A program made the position numbers and the translations under genes. From Gammaproteobacteria bacterium (lineage in GTDB: Bacteria > Pseudomonadota > Gammaproteobacteria > SZUA-140), in NCBI GenBank assembly GCA_016716465.1, contig JADJWH010000001.1, positions 365,414 to 429,413 on the forward strand: a stretch of 64,000 nt of DNA. Reading direction: 5' to 3'. This document shows positions 8,466-18,256 of this stretch, piece by piece (position 1 is the first letter of the stretch; each line of letters starts with the position of its first letter). The notes under the pieces are model-generated. The model ran no database searches and was not told where the DNA came from. It was given only the letters and a program-made list of their open reading frames with translations.

Positions 8466-11400
8466 GTGAATTTCGGAATCTACCATAAGGCCCTTTTGGC
8501 TACGACCTTTTTGGTTTCTTCATCGGTTCTTGCCGACGATCTTATTCAAGTTGATTTTCCTGCACCCGAATCCTCCTGCTCGTCAGGCGTTGTATGCGGT
8601 TCTCACCGACTTCTTATCCAGTCCCGCTATTCAAGAGATCCTGCGCGATTCAATGTGATGCGCGAACTGTATCGTGGCAACCCCTCACGCGCTCGCGAAG
8701 TAATGATTGGATATCAGGAGTACTACAGCCCATTTCATTTCGAACCGTCGATCTGGGATTTTTATAGTGTAGGGCGAACTATTTTCTCAAAAAATCCTAT
8801 CAAGTCCGGCGCCCCAAAGGCTCTCAGATGGCTAACCACAGACGATGTCTTTCCAGAGGGACAAAGAAAACCGAAGTTTGTTAACCCAGATCAATTCACC
8901 AATCCCGCGATGGAAGGTCGCCCTTTAACGTCCGATCGAATTGAGTATTTGCGTCGAAAGAGGGAGATCCAAGACGATCCAGATACGGGTCGAACCGACA
9001 AACAGTTCCTAAGGTTTTTCGCGACTGATGACGGTGTAATTCAAAGAGACGACGTGTCTGGATATGAACAAGACATACTAATTCTTTCCAGCATACCTGC
9101 CGAAGAGGCCGACAAGCGCCAGAATTACGTCTCCTACATGAATCAAAAGTATGGACACACACCCGAGACGATTGAACAGGGTGTCCTAGTGGCTCGTGAC
9201 TATATTGCCAAAGACTCGAATTCACCCCTTATCGGGCAAGAGGAAGAGGCGTTTCGAAGACTTCGCGAGAACCATGAAGACGAGATAATAGAAATAGAGA
9301 ACAAGATGGCGGGACTCGAGCAGTTGCGCCGCCAAGACGATGCCAATCAACTGCAGATCCAACAATTAGAGAAAGAGATAGCTCAAAAAGCCAGTGCTCT
9401 AGAAGAAAAACTTAGAACCGAACATGCTGAGAGCGGTGAGCAGTTACTATCTGAAGCATCCTCTGACGAAGAGCCAGTCAATCAAGAACAGGAGGCCCCT
9501 CCAGCAGCTGACGAAACGGTTGCAGCACAACCACCAAAAGAGGTAACTCCGAAATGCGGCAAGCATTCTTATGGCGGAGCCCCTCTTTGTTCAGATCACC
9601 ATTATGAGCTTACCGTTTTCGGCCTAACAGGCGAACTTATGGGTAATACTATCATTCTATTTGGCGGTGACGCCGACGTGGCTGCGAAATTTGACGGCTT
9701 TTCGAAAGGAATCATCTACGGAGCGGACGGACTCAGTTATCTAAGTAAGAACGGCTTCGGTGGAGACCCCACGGACGTCCTTACAGCGATGAACTCGGTG
9801 GCTTTTTCGGCGAACCTGCTAATTAGTGTCTTCTCGTCGGGTGAAGAAGATCCTATGCAAGAAGTGTTCGAACAGCTTTTCGCAATTCTCGATGTCCTTC
9901 TCCAGCAACAACAGCAAATACTAGAGAACCAACAGGACATGATCGCCTCACAAGCCTCCATCCTTTATTCCATCGAAACGATTCGATCTGCTCTTCAAAA
10001 TCTGCAAGAGCAGGAGCTCGAACAGCGCGCACTTATCTTGCAACAATTCGCAAACACGAATTCGTTGGTTACGGCATCTTATGTCGATCTCCAATCAAGA
10101 ATCGAAGCGCTACGAGAAGATGTGGCGCTTGCCCCTCTCTATATCGCTATAGATAACCTTCAAGCCGCTTTAAACCTCAATGCCGATGACAACCATGAGT
10201 TGACGCAGGAGTCTCAGGATTTGAGCCAAGCCGTTGCAAGACTGAACATACCTATTCGTCGCTTGCCTCTGAATCCCCCGCAGCTGACCATTCAACAACT
10301 CAAGGACGAGTACAACTCAAATTGGACTGAAAAACGTCGTGCGATTTCCTCTAACGATGCCAGGTTGCATTACTGGGCTTTACTTAGCCCGTTTTGCAAA
10401 GACGAGCTAACCTGTTCCGTCTATAAAGGAGCTCCCGATGTGGAGGGCCTTCAATCCCTAGCAAACACCTACGCGACTGCGGCCGACCTACTCTCTATGA
10501 CACCAGAAGGGCGCGATTTTCTGCAACAAGACATTACCGGTACGTTCGCTGAACTATCCAATGCCATTGAACAACTCAACGCTATCACGCAAGTGGCGCG
10601 TCGCCATTTGCCTCAGATATACGAGAACTACGCGTCATCGATTGAAGAGCTGAGGAGTCTCACCCACCAATACGGTACGGCAGCCTTGGCATCGGTAGGC
10701 GGCACTCAATTCGGCGCCTCTCCTCTACTCCGATATCCCTGGAGAAACTTCCAATCGTTACCCGATGGTACCGCGCCTCGTCAAGTCACGTTTGACCTTT
10801 CCCAAGGTCACCTGGATGAAGTCTTGATTCAACTAATGCAGGAGAATGTTCTTCGACTTGCTCCCGAGGCCCTTGAACAGATGACCGAGGAACAATTGGC
10901 CAATCATTCGATGATGAAGGAGTACCGTTCACTCTATTTGTCCTCTCGGGTCGCTGCGAATCTCGGCCTCGGCATTTTCAGAAAAGACCCATGGCCTCGT
11001 TACGACCAGACTTCTAATCTTCAAAATAACCATGATCGCCGACACTTCCTTCATCTATTTTTGATGGCAGATCCGCTGATGGTTGAAGATGACGCCGTAC
11101 GTGGCCGCCTAGAGTCCCTTATGTCCCGTGAAACAGGAGATAAGGCGATCTACGATGCGGCGATTACCAAAGGGTGGATTACCAATGTCCTCGGCGGTAG
11201 CGCATACGCGTCAAATATGTTCGAAATCTACGATGGTGGAGCGGCGCCTGCTAACAATCCCTATTGCCGGTCATATCAAACATTGGGTATTCCGAGCAGC
11301 ATGTGCGTGGTCAAGGCGGCTGAGCGGTGGATTACAGATCACCCTGTTGAGGTACCAATGAACCAGGAGAGATGGGAGGTGGTCCGTCCTTGCGGCGTCG

Positions 11401-12116
11401 ACCATCAGTACTGGTGTTTCAAATCCAGCCAATCCGACGACCCAGATTATATCAAGAAAGTTATTCGCAAGGAGGTCGACACCATAAACGCCGTTCGTTT
11501 TCGCGCTATTCAACTAGCGTCCCAAGACGTTCTCGGCGTCCTCATGGCCCAATGGAACAGCACCCTCCTGAACGGAATCTCTAACTACGACGCCCTACCT
11601 GCGCCAGTCAACTCAAATAGGCTATCCGAATTAGCAACCGCGCTATATGGCGGGCGCAAGAAACTAGAAGCTGCACGTCTTGCATACATACTCGCCCTTG
11701 AAGTCGCGTACGGTGAGGAATGCATCTATTCCCCACGGGCGCATAAGACCCTGCTCGCCCAAGGCCAACTACTGGCGACTAATCGATTCTTGTCCTCTCC
11801 ATCATTAACGCCAAAGGGTGAAGATAAAGGTCTACTTAAAGATCTAGCTGAGCCTATTCGAATGATGGAATCGTCAATGCATTATGCCGCTGCCATTGAT
11901 CTTTCACAGGAAGGCGCTCTGCCTGAGCTAGCGGACATTAAATATTCTTGCGCCGTAGGACTTGGAGGGGCAGACCGTCTCGCCCAGTATGCATCAGTTC
12001 ATCACGCTTGGGTTTCGAAACATGGCGCTGATCCAGACGCGGTTTTCGACGAGTATCTTCAGGTATTCCGCGACGATACCCCGCCTGACGCTGTTGCTGA
12101 AGAGGCTATTCAGTGA
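8466..12116 (+). CDS. Large secreted protein of unknown function (1216 aa), Sec signal peptide, long coiled-coil/Q-rich central region
   Basis: N-terminus MNFGIYHKALLATTFLVSSSVLADD. ~48% GC, far below the island (~58%) and core (~70%). No catalytic motif recognised. Confidence 0.8.
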   Translation: MNFGIYHKALLATTFLVSSSVLADDLIQVDFPAPESSCSSGVVCGSHRLLIQSRYSRDPARFNVMRELYRGNPSRAREVMIGYQEYYSPFHFEPSIWDFYSVGRTIFSKNPIKSGAPKALRWLTTDDVFPEGQRKPKFVNPDQFTNPAMEGRPLTSDRIEYLRRKREIQDDPDTGRTDKQFLRFFATDDGVIQRDDVSGYEQDILILSSIPAEEADKRQNYVSYMNQKYGHTPETIEQGVLVARDYIAKDSNSPLIGQEEEAFRRLRENHEDEIIEIENKMAGLEQLRRQDDANQLQIQQLEKEIAQKASALEEKLRTEHAESGEQLLSEASSDEEPVNQEQEAPPAADETVAAQPPKEVTPKCGKHSYGGAPLCSDHHYELTVFGLTGELMGNTIILFGGDADVAAKFDGFSKGIIYGADGLSYLSKNGFGGDPTDVLTAMNSVAFSANLLISVFSSGEEDPMQEVFEQLFAILDVLLQQQQQILENQQDMIASQASILYSIETIRSALQNLQEQELEQRALILQQFANTNSLVTASYVDLQSRIEALREDVALAPLYIAIDNLQAALNLNADDNHELTQESQDLSQAVARLNIPIRRLPLNPPQLTIQQLKDEYNSNWTEKRRAISSNDARLHYWALLSPFCKDELTCSVYKGAPDVEGLQSLANTYATAADLLSMTPEGRDFLQQDITGTFAELSNAIEQLNAITQVARRHLPQIYENYASSIEELRSLTHQYGTAALASVGGTQFGASPLLRYPWRNFQSLPDGTAPRQVTFDLSQGHLDEVLIQLMQENVLRLAPEALEQMTEEQLANHSMMKEYRSLYLSSRVAANLGLGIFRKDPWPRYDQTSNLQNNHDRRHFLHLFLMADPLMVEDDAVRGRLESLMSRETGDKAIYDAAITKGWITNVLGGSAYASNMFEIYDGGAAPANNPYCRSYQTLGIPSSMCVVKAAERWITDHPVEVPMNQERWEVVRPCGVDHQYWCFKSSQSDDPDYIKKVIRKEVDTINAVRFRAIQLASQDVLGVLMAQWNSTLLNGISNYDALPAPVNSNRLSELATALYGGRKKLEAARLAYILALEVAYGEECIYSPRAHKTLLAQGQLLATNRFLSSPSLTPKGEDKGLLKDLAEPIRMMESSMHYAAAIDLSQEGALPELADIKYSCAVGLGGADRLAQYASVHHAWVSKHGADPDAVFDEYLQVFRDDTPPDAVAEEAIQ

Positions 12117-12534
12117 GTTCTCGCAATGCACACTCCACTTTCTGACGATCTTCCTCAATGCGTTCTATCGCCTGATTCAGGTTTATAATCTCTTGTTCTT
12201 TGTTTAGCCCATTACCGACCGACACGTCATTTCTTCGTTGCCTGAGCGCTGAGAGTTGACCAGCTACCCCCTCTAGCTGCCACTTTGCTCTTTCGATGTA
12301 TCCATCGATATCGCGCGACTGATTCGGGCTTAGCGATGTTTTCTGTCCGCTCGAGAAAACGTCGAATGAAACACCAGTCAATATCCCGCAATTACTCCAG
12401 GCCTTGTAAACCTTTTCTAAGGTGCCAGGTGTGAAGCTTTCCTCGGCGGACGACACCCCTGCCAATATGACGAACCACACGCATGTAAGAAACAGCTGTT
12501 TCACTCGCATTCCCTCCTCATTAACAAAATACAT
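12106..12534 (-). CDS. Small secreted coiled-coil protein (start probably at the internal Met at 12510)
   Basis: MRVKQLFLTCVWFVILAGVSSAEE signal peptide. Convergent with the 1216-aa gene and overlapping its 3' end by 11 nt. Same low GC. Confidence 0.55.
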   Translation of the reverse strand: MYFVNEEGMRVKQLFLTCVWFVILAGVSSAEESFTPGTLEKVYKAWSNCGILTGVSFDVFSSGQKTSLSPNQSRDIDGYIERAKWQLEGVAGQLSALRQRRNDVSVGNGLNKEQEIINLNQAIERIEEDRQKVECALRELTE

Positions 12535-13131
12535 GTTACATCAATATATTCTTGTGGCCTCACGACTTGATATTTCATTGCCGCAAAATGTATCGGTGCT
12601 CGACTTCGCTTGTCATCCATCGAAACTGGGCCTAGGCAAATCACTTGTTCTGCCCGACGGCCCAGTTCTTTTGTCATACTTCGTCAGGCTATATTTGTAG
12701 CGATGGCGCCGATACGCGAAGCGAAAGCTTACTGTGGGACGGATGTATACTCGCCCGCCAACTCTGACGAAGACCACGGCCAAAATTTGCCGGAGCAAAT
12801 CCGAGGGAAGCCAGGAAGGCTCGAGTAGTCCTACATGATCTGCTTGGGCCGATTTAAAAATCGGGCTGGGTAGGACGGGAGCCGTTGGACCGAATTCGAC
12901 GCCCATCCCGCTGCCCTCTTGAAGAATACGGTCGGAACGAGTGTCGGATCAGACTGTACCGGGGGCCTGATTTGCATCTATCGCGTTCGAGTTGAGTTAT
13001 TGCTGGGCGCAAAAGCGGACGTTCCAAGCACTAGGCCTGAGAGTCGCCTTTGGGCACAAAGGCGACTTAGAGGCAATGTCCGCGTTCCGCCAGTTGAGGG
13101 TGTCAGTTTCGATCCTATCGGCCACTGTCTG

Positions 13132-13401
13132 TCAGATCGGGTCTGAACTTCTACAAGTAAATCTGTTACAAGTAAATCCAGGGCAGTGTGCTCGATCCTC
13201 AGACTCTTTGCGCGACTCAATCCAATCTTCGACCTCGGCTAGGTCCCACGCGACATTGCGGCTTGTCAGTACGATTCGGCGCGGAAAATCGCCGCGTTTT
13301 TCCATGTTGAAAATGGCGCGGTCTGAAAGCGGAATCATCGCCAGCAGTGTTTTCCGGTTTATTAATGCCTTGCTCGGGCGGTTTTGGTTTCCAGCGTCCA
13401 T
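13132..13401 (-). CDS. alpA: AlpA-family phage/ICE transcriptional regulator (HTH)
   Basis: ...MEKRGDFPRRIVLTSRNVAWDLAEVEDWIESRK matches the AlpA/MerR-like consensus (FP.P..L......W...EV..WI). The true start may be the internal Met near 13338. Confidence 0.7.
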   Translation of the reverse strand: MDAGNQNRPSKALINRKTLLAMIPLSDRAIFNMEKRGDFPRRIVLTSRNVAWDLAEVEDWIESRKESEDRAHCPGFTCNRFTCRSSDPI

Positions 13402-13656
13402 TGGCTATCTCTGTTGCCCCTGGCGGTGCCTCTCAGAATCGTGGGTTTGTGATATCTGAACATTAGCACCGTGCAAATCATCTTGGCAAAAGAGAATGTT
13501 TAGCAAAGTGATAAACACCTTGCCGGATCATTCGGTGGTAAGGGTGGATCGGAGTAGGGTGACCGGTCGTGACAGCATGTCACCCGCGACAATCACCTGA
13601 GATTTAGCCCCTGGTTGGGATTCTTCTTGCTCACGTTCTGAGCAGACGAGGATAGT

Positions 13657-14343
13657 TCAGACCACTTCCCCCTTAAAGACGATAACGCCGCAGATTGTGG
13701 CTTCTTCATCAACTTCAATGATGCGATTTGGCCAGTCAGGATTGAGCGCTTTCAGGTACTGCTTTCCGTCTTCGATAATCAGTTGTTTGAACGTTGCTTC
13801 ATTAGATTCATCGAGTCGAACAACCACATACTTGCCGTGATCCGCTGAGACATTGGGATCAACGAAGATCAAGTCACCCTCATGAAATTTTGGCTCCATG
13901 CTGCTTCCTCGAACCCTGAGGACGAAGGATTCCGGGCTGCAACGCACCGGGCAGGGTAAAAGCTCGGCCCCGTACGCCGGAACAAAGCTCTCAGAAACTT
14001 CGTACCAATTCCCGGCCTGAACCCAAGAGATAAGCGGGTGGAGACTGCGCAAATCGGGACCGTCGTGGGCGTTATTTTCTTCGTGTGGCGTGGTCCCCTT
14101 TGCAGGCGGGGTATCCATCCATCCTTGGGGCTTTTTCATTGCCTTTTCCAGTTTTCCCGCCAGTTCGTCTCCGATAGAACGTGGGGTGCCTTTCTTGGTG
14201 GGAAGCTGATTGCGAACCTGGCTGAGATAGGAGCTATTTGTCCCAGCCATGCGTGCCAGCTTGGCGGCCGACCCTGCTTCGGTAATCAGAGCTTCGAGGT
14301 TGTGGAGCCGAATCTGATTGTGTTTTAGCGTCATGCGAAACAA
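13657..14343 (-). CDS. CI/LexA-like repressor with C-terminal S24 peptidase domain
   Basis: N-terminal HTH (AGTNSSYLSQVRN). GSSMEP Ser nucleophile motif and downstream TFKQL Lys. Divergent from a cro-like gene. Confidence 0.85.
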   Translation of the reverse strand: MFRMTLKHNQIRLHNLEALITEAGSAAKLARMAGTNSSYLSQVRNQLPTKKGTPRSIGDELAGKLEKAMKKPQGWMDTPPAKGTTPHEENNAHDGPDLRSLHPLISWVQAGNWYEVSESFVPAYGAELLPCPVRCSPESFVLRVRGSSMEPKFHEGDLIFVDPNVSADHGKYVVVRLDESNEATFKQLIIEDGKQYLKALNPDWPNRIIEVDEEATICGVIVFKGEVV

Positions 14344-14374
14344 TTTAGCAGAATGTTTAGCAGAATGCTAAGCA
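14344..14374. promoter_or_regulatory. Operator-like tandem repeat TTTAGCAGAATG x2 containing palindrome TAGCA-N3-TGCTA, between the divergent cI-like and cro-like genes
   Basis: Read directly. A related ATGTTTAGCA also occurs at ~13495 downstream of alpA. Confidence 0.5.
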
Positions 14375-14399
14375 AAAACCGGAACCGCGTCGTTGTTCA

Positions 14400-14723
14400 A
14401 TGATTCGCTCGGTGCTAATGTTTCTAAGCATGGAGCTAAAGGAATTTCTCAAGATGGCAACCAAGCGGGAACGCGCTGATGTCGCTGTGGCATGCAGTGA
14501 TTCAGTGTCCTACTTGTATCAGATTGCCGGAGAACACCGCTATGCGAGCCCCTGGATGGCGACGCAGATCGAGCGGCAGACGCGTGCTGTGGCCGACCTT
14601 TCCGATGGCCGATTAGAGCCAGTGCCCCGGGCAAGCATGGTCCGTCACCCTGAAATCTTCTACGACGTCGGTCTGCGAGAAAATACTCAAGAAACGGGTG
14701 GAAACGATGACGGCACCCGATGA
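14400..14723 (+). CDS. Cro-like small DNA-binding protein (start uncertain: 14400, 14430 or 14454)
   Basis: Position divergent from the CI-like repressor and ~100 aa size. No strong motif. Overlaps the ParB-like start. Confidence 0.45.
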   Translation: MIRSVLMFLSMELKEFLKMATKRERADVAVACSDSVSYLYQIAGEHRYASPWMATQIERQTRAVADLSDGRLEPVPRASMVRHPEIFYDVGLRENTQETGGNDDGTR

Positions 14724-16239
14724 ATCGGCACAGGTCCACGGAATATCCCGTGTTGACGTCACCCATATCCACCGCTATTCCCGTAATCCCCGGCGACAGC
14801 AGAATCCAGAATACGACCGCATCAAGGCATCGATTCGAGCTGAAGGCTTGGATCAACCACTGGTGATTTCGCAGGAGCCCGGGGCTTCGGACTACGTCCT
14901 CCACAGTGGCGGCAATACGCGGCTGAAGATCCTTAAAGACTTATTTGAAGAGACTGGAGACGATCGTTTCCGCTGGGTCGACTGTGTCATCAAGCCATGG
15001 TCCCAGGAATCCAGTCTGCTTTTTGCCCACCTGCGTGAAAACGAGCTGCGCGGTGGATTGCCATTTATAGATAAAGCCTTGGCTGTTTTTGACGCAAAAG
15101 CCCTTCTGGAAAAAGAGCTGTCTGTCGAGGCCTTGTCCCAGCGTCAATTGGAAGAGCTGTTCAAAGAGCGGGGATTCGGCCTGAGCCACAGCATGATTTC
15201 CAAAATGGGATATGCCGTTGACACATTGTGGCCCGTAATGCCGAAAGCGTTGGCAGCCGGGTTAGGGCGGCCTCAAGTGGAAAAAATCCGTGCCCTTGAG
15301 CGGGCAGCTCACGCGATCTGGGATCGCCGGCAACTGGGTGAAGACATGGACTTCAACGCCGTGTTTCTTGAGCTGTGTCGACGACATGACTGTTCCGACT
15401 GGGATATCCAGCCGTTGCGCGATGCAATAGAAAACGAAATTGCCGCCGAGTCAGAACAGAATCGTCAGGTGGTTTATCTGGAGATGGAGGCGCAGCTATC
15501 TGGCCGACCTTTCGATTTTGCGAGCCAGACTGAAGAAGGTGTGGAAGAAGAGCAAGACGGGTCATCGGACAAGGTCTGCCGGCAGGACAACAGTCAGTCT
15601 GCTGACATAGACCCGGTCAATGGTTCATCGCCCGGCTGCGAGCCGAAGTCTACCCAGCCCGTTGATAACAATACGCCCAATGGGAAATCCAGAACTAAAA
15701 CACCGGTGCCTGAGATCACCCAGAATAGAAAAACGAGTGTTGAGAGCAGGGATCTACGTTCATTGCGCGCTCAGTTGTGGGAGTGCGCTGCCGCCCTGGC
15801 GGAACACCATGGTTTGGGTGAAGCCGTCATTCAACTGCAGGATCAAGGACTCGGACTGCTGTTGGTCGAGGTTCCTCCGCAGGAGCTGGTCGATACGCTT
15901 GACCCGGATATGCTGGGTTTGGTCTCCGCGCTGTGGTGGCAACTGGCTGCTAGCGCAGAATTAACCGTGGCGCCGATTGATATTGTGCTCCATTACCTGA
16001 ACGAATCTTCAGCGCTGTATGAGGCGCTGGCATCGCATGATGCAGGTTTGCTTTTCAGCAGTGTTTGGACACCGGACCCAGGTCATATGAGCAGCTTGCT
16101 CTGGCAACAGCTCAACCCACCGGATTGGCAGGTTTTACTCCGGATGATGGAAACGTACCGAGCCATAAAACAGCTGGCGTACGACACAGGTATCGAATTG
16201 TGGGTACCAGGCGCGGGTGGTGGCAATGTCGTCCAATAA
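14698..16239 (+). CDS. ParB-like nuclease domain protein (ICE-conserved)
   Basis: N-terminus GISRVDVTHIHRYSRNPRRQ...LDQPLVISQEPG...YVLHSGGNTRLKIL resembles the ParB/Sulfiredoxin N-terminal domain. Acidic C-terminal region. Confidence 0.7.
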   Translation: METMTAPDESAQVHGISRVDVTHIHRYSRNPRRQQNPEYDRIKASIRAEGLDQPLVISQEPGASDYVLHSGGNTRLKILKDLFEETGDDRFRWVDCVIKPWSQESSLLFAHLRENELRGGLPFIDKALAVFDAKALLEKELSVEALSQRQLEELFKERGFGLSHSMISKMGYAVDTLWPVMPKALAAGLGRPQVEKIRALERAAHAIWDRRQLGEDMDFNAVFLELCRRHDCSDWDIQPLRDAIENEIAAESEQNRQVVYLEMEAQLSGRPFDFASQTEEGVEEEQDGSSDKVCRQDNSQSADIDPVNGSSPGCEPKSTQPVDNNTPNGKSRTKTPVPEITQNRKTSVESRDLRSLRAQLWECAAALAEHHGLGEAVIQLQDQGLGLLLVEVPPQELVDTLDPDMLGLVSALWWQLAASAELTVAPIDIVLHYLNESSALYEALASHDAGLLFSSVWTPDPGHMSSLLWQQLNPPDWQVLLRMMETYRAIKQLAYDTGIELWVPGAGGGNVVQ

Positions 16240-16828
16240 AGAGGCTGATCTTACGACTGCCGTCCTGCTGTATGCCATGCGCTGTCTGGCGGAAGGGGAC
16301 CAACAGGCGTTGCGGGCCATGAATTTTGGTCCGAAGGAACTGGACGCCTTAAAGGAAATGAATCTGGCAGATATCTATCGAGCTGACGCGTTGCGGGTGC
16401 ACTGTCTGCAGATTGGTCTGAATCGCGATGTCTTCTGGCCGATGCTGGAACACCTGCGCCACCAGCGGGAATCGGAAGACTTGCAGCGAAAACTGCTGGC
16501 CTCCGATGCGCCCTTGGAAATGATGCAGCAACTGTTCGGTTTGAGCTCACGCGAATACACCCGCTGGCGTCGGTTGCTGACGTTGGCGCCCTCGGTGGGA
16601 AGACCGGCGGAGCTGAACGAACCTGATACTCACGCGCTCTGGTATGCCTGGCAGGAGCTGCAAGAAAAGCAAGAGCGCAGCACGCTGTCCGCAGCGGATT
16701 ATCTCGAACTTCAACAGCAAACACACATTGGGCTGCGCGCGATCTGGGTGTTGGTGCAGCGGTGGGAAGCCTATGGCGAAGGAAGTAGCACCGCTCCCAT
16801 AACGCGGGTTGCCGAGCATGGCCGATGA
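16217..16828 (+). CDS. conserved ICE hypothetical protein (DUF2857-like)
   Basis: Position and size match the gene that follows ParB-like in PAPI-1/SPI-7-type elements. No motif. Confidence 0.4.
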   Translation: MVAMSSNKEADLTTAVLLYAMRCLAEGDQQALRAMNFGPKELDALKEMNLADIYRADALRVHCLQIGLNRDVFWPMLEHLRHQRESEDLQRKLLASDAPLEMMQQLFGLSSREYTRWRRLLTLAPSVGRPAELNEPDTHALWYAWQELQEKQERSTLSAADYLELQQQTHIGLRAIWVLVQRWEAYGEGSSTAPITRVAEHGR

Positions 16829-18077
16829 AGACGAAGCACTGCGGCCGGAGACCGTTGCCCTGGATGCGTTAATCAAGGCAACCGTTGCCAAGATTCGGGC
16901 ACAGACTGATCCCTCGCTCCCGGATGCCATGTTGTTTATGGGTAATTGGCACCAGGCCGTTCCAGCTATGGTCATTCAGGATCCGGTGCTGGAACCCGTT
17001 GATAAGCTGGTGTGGATGGTCATCATGCTGCATGCCAGAGAGACTGGCGGTCGAACGGCCTTTCCCGACTACGATACGATCGCCAGTAAAACCAATGTTT
17101 CCTCAACCTCCACGGTCTCACGCGCTATTGCGATCCTGCGTTTGACGCGCTGGCTGACCCTGTGCGCCCGGATCCGGCAAACGAGCGGTCGATTCACGGG
17201 TAACGTCTACATACTCCACGATGAGCCACTGCCACTGGTCGATGCCATCTATCTGGATGATGCCTACATGGCGTTCGTCACCCAATCCCAGGAGCACCAT
17301 CACGCACGTGTCTGCCGAGTGGCGCAGGCTGTGTCAGCAAGTCTCGATATGGATATTCGTCGTGGCGAACATTTGGGGGCGCAGGAATCAGCCATCGAAC
17401 GCCGATTGCAGGCAGTGAAGATGCTGGCAGATACCAGCAGAAATCACGACAACAGCGGTCGCTATTTTACCTTCAACGCAGCGGCACTAAGCCAGCTGAA
17501 AAATCCGTCAGACGCTGGAATTGCAGAGCCATTAGACCAGCACCAAAATTCAAAGGTGGAGCCGAAGACACACTACAGTAGTGGTTGTAGTAGTGATTAT
17601 AAAAAAACAACTACAACAACCACTACACAAAATACCGACATAGAAGAGAACGCATTTCCCGAATCCAGCCAAACAATACCGTTGCCAACGGAGCAAACGC
17701 TGATTTATCCACCACGTTTGTCGGAGAACCAGAAGCTCCTGGCGGATAGGTATCTTGCGATGATTGCACCTGAAGACCGGCAGTTGGTGCTGGATGAACT
17801 GCAAGGGCGGTTGTCCTCTGAGCAAAAGGGTATGAAGCCTGTCTACGACGAGCTGAGGTTTCTGCATTCACTGTGCAAGGCTGCGCAAAAAGATGAATTT
17901 GTGCCTAACCTGGGCATCAAGGTGGCGGAGGCTCGAAAGGAGCGGAGGATTTCTGTTACACCGCCGGAAGATGACGCGCAGAAGGCCAAAACCGAGGAGG
18001 AACGCGAACGTTCCCGGGCCTATGCGCGCGAACAGCTGGCCAAGTTGCGCGCATCGTTGAACATGGACAAAAAGTGA
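16809..18077 (+). CDS. conserved ICE protein (STY4528-like putative replication/regulatory protein) with internal low-complexity Thr run
   Basis: Synteny only. Contains KKTTTTTTTQNT, encoded by an AT-rich patch at 17580-17640. Confidence 0.4.
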   Translation: MPSMADEDEALRPETVALDALIKATVAKIRAQTDPSLPDAMLFMGNWHQAVPAMVIQDPVLEPVDKLVWMVIMLHARETGGRTAFPDYDTIASKTNVSSTSTVSRAIAILRLTRWLTLCARIRQTSGRFTGNVYILHDEPLPLVDAIYLDDAYMAFVTQSQEHHHARVCRVAQAVSASLDMDIRRGEHLGAQESAIERRLQAVKMLADTSRNHDNSGRYFTFNAAALSQLKNPSDAGIAEPLDQHQNSKVEPKTHYSSGCSSDYKKTTTTTTTQNTDIEENAFPESSQTIPLPTEQTLIYPPRLSENQKLLADRYLAMIAPEDRQLVLDELQGRLSSEQKGMKPVYDELRFLHSLCKAAQKDEFVPNLGIKVAEARKERRISVTPPEDDAQKAKTEEERERSRAYAREQLAKLRASLNMDKK

Positions 18078-18256
18078 AACGGAATTGACTAACACCGCCA
18101 CCACCAAGTCAAAGCATTAGAAAAAGCCTCCTTGGGTTCCACTGGAACCATCCGACCATCACAGCAGGAAAACACCGCACCGCCCGGATAGATATTCCGT
18201 GGTCTCAGTTTCCGAATCGTGGATTCATAGCACGTTAGAAATGACGTTTCAGCGGA

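Noticed and set aside
12919-13146. Short overlapping ORFs on both strands between the small secreted gene and alpA
   Set aside because: Mutually overlapping, with no start context. Probably non-coding spacer of the low-GC module.
17580-17640. AT-rich A/T-tract (aaaaaaacaactacaacaaccactacac) that looked like an insertion or an att-like site
   Set aside because: It is in frame inside the 16809-18077 CDS, encoding a Thr-rich linker (TTTTTTTQNT). It is more likely a low-complexity protein segment than a DNA element.
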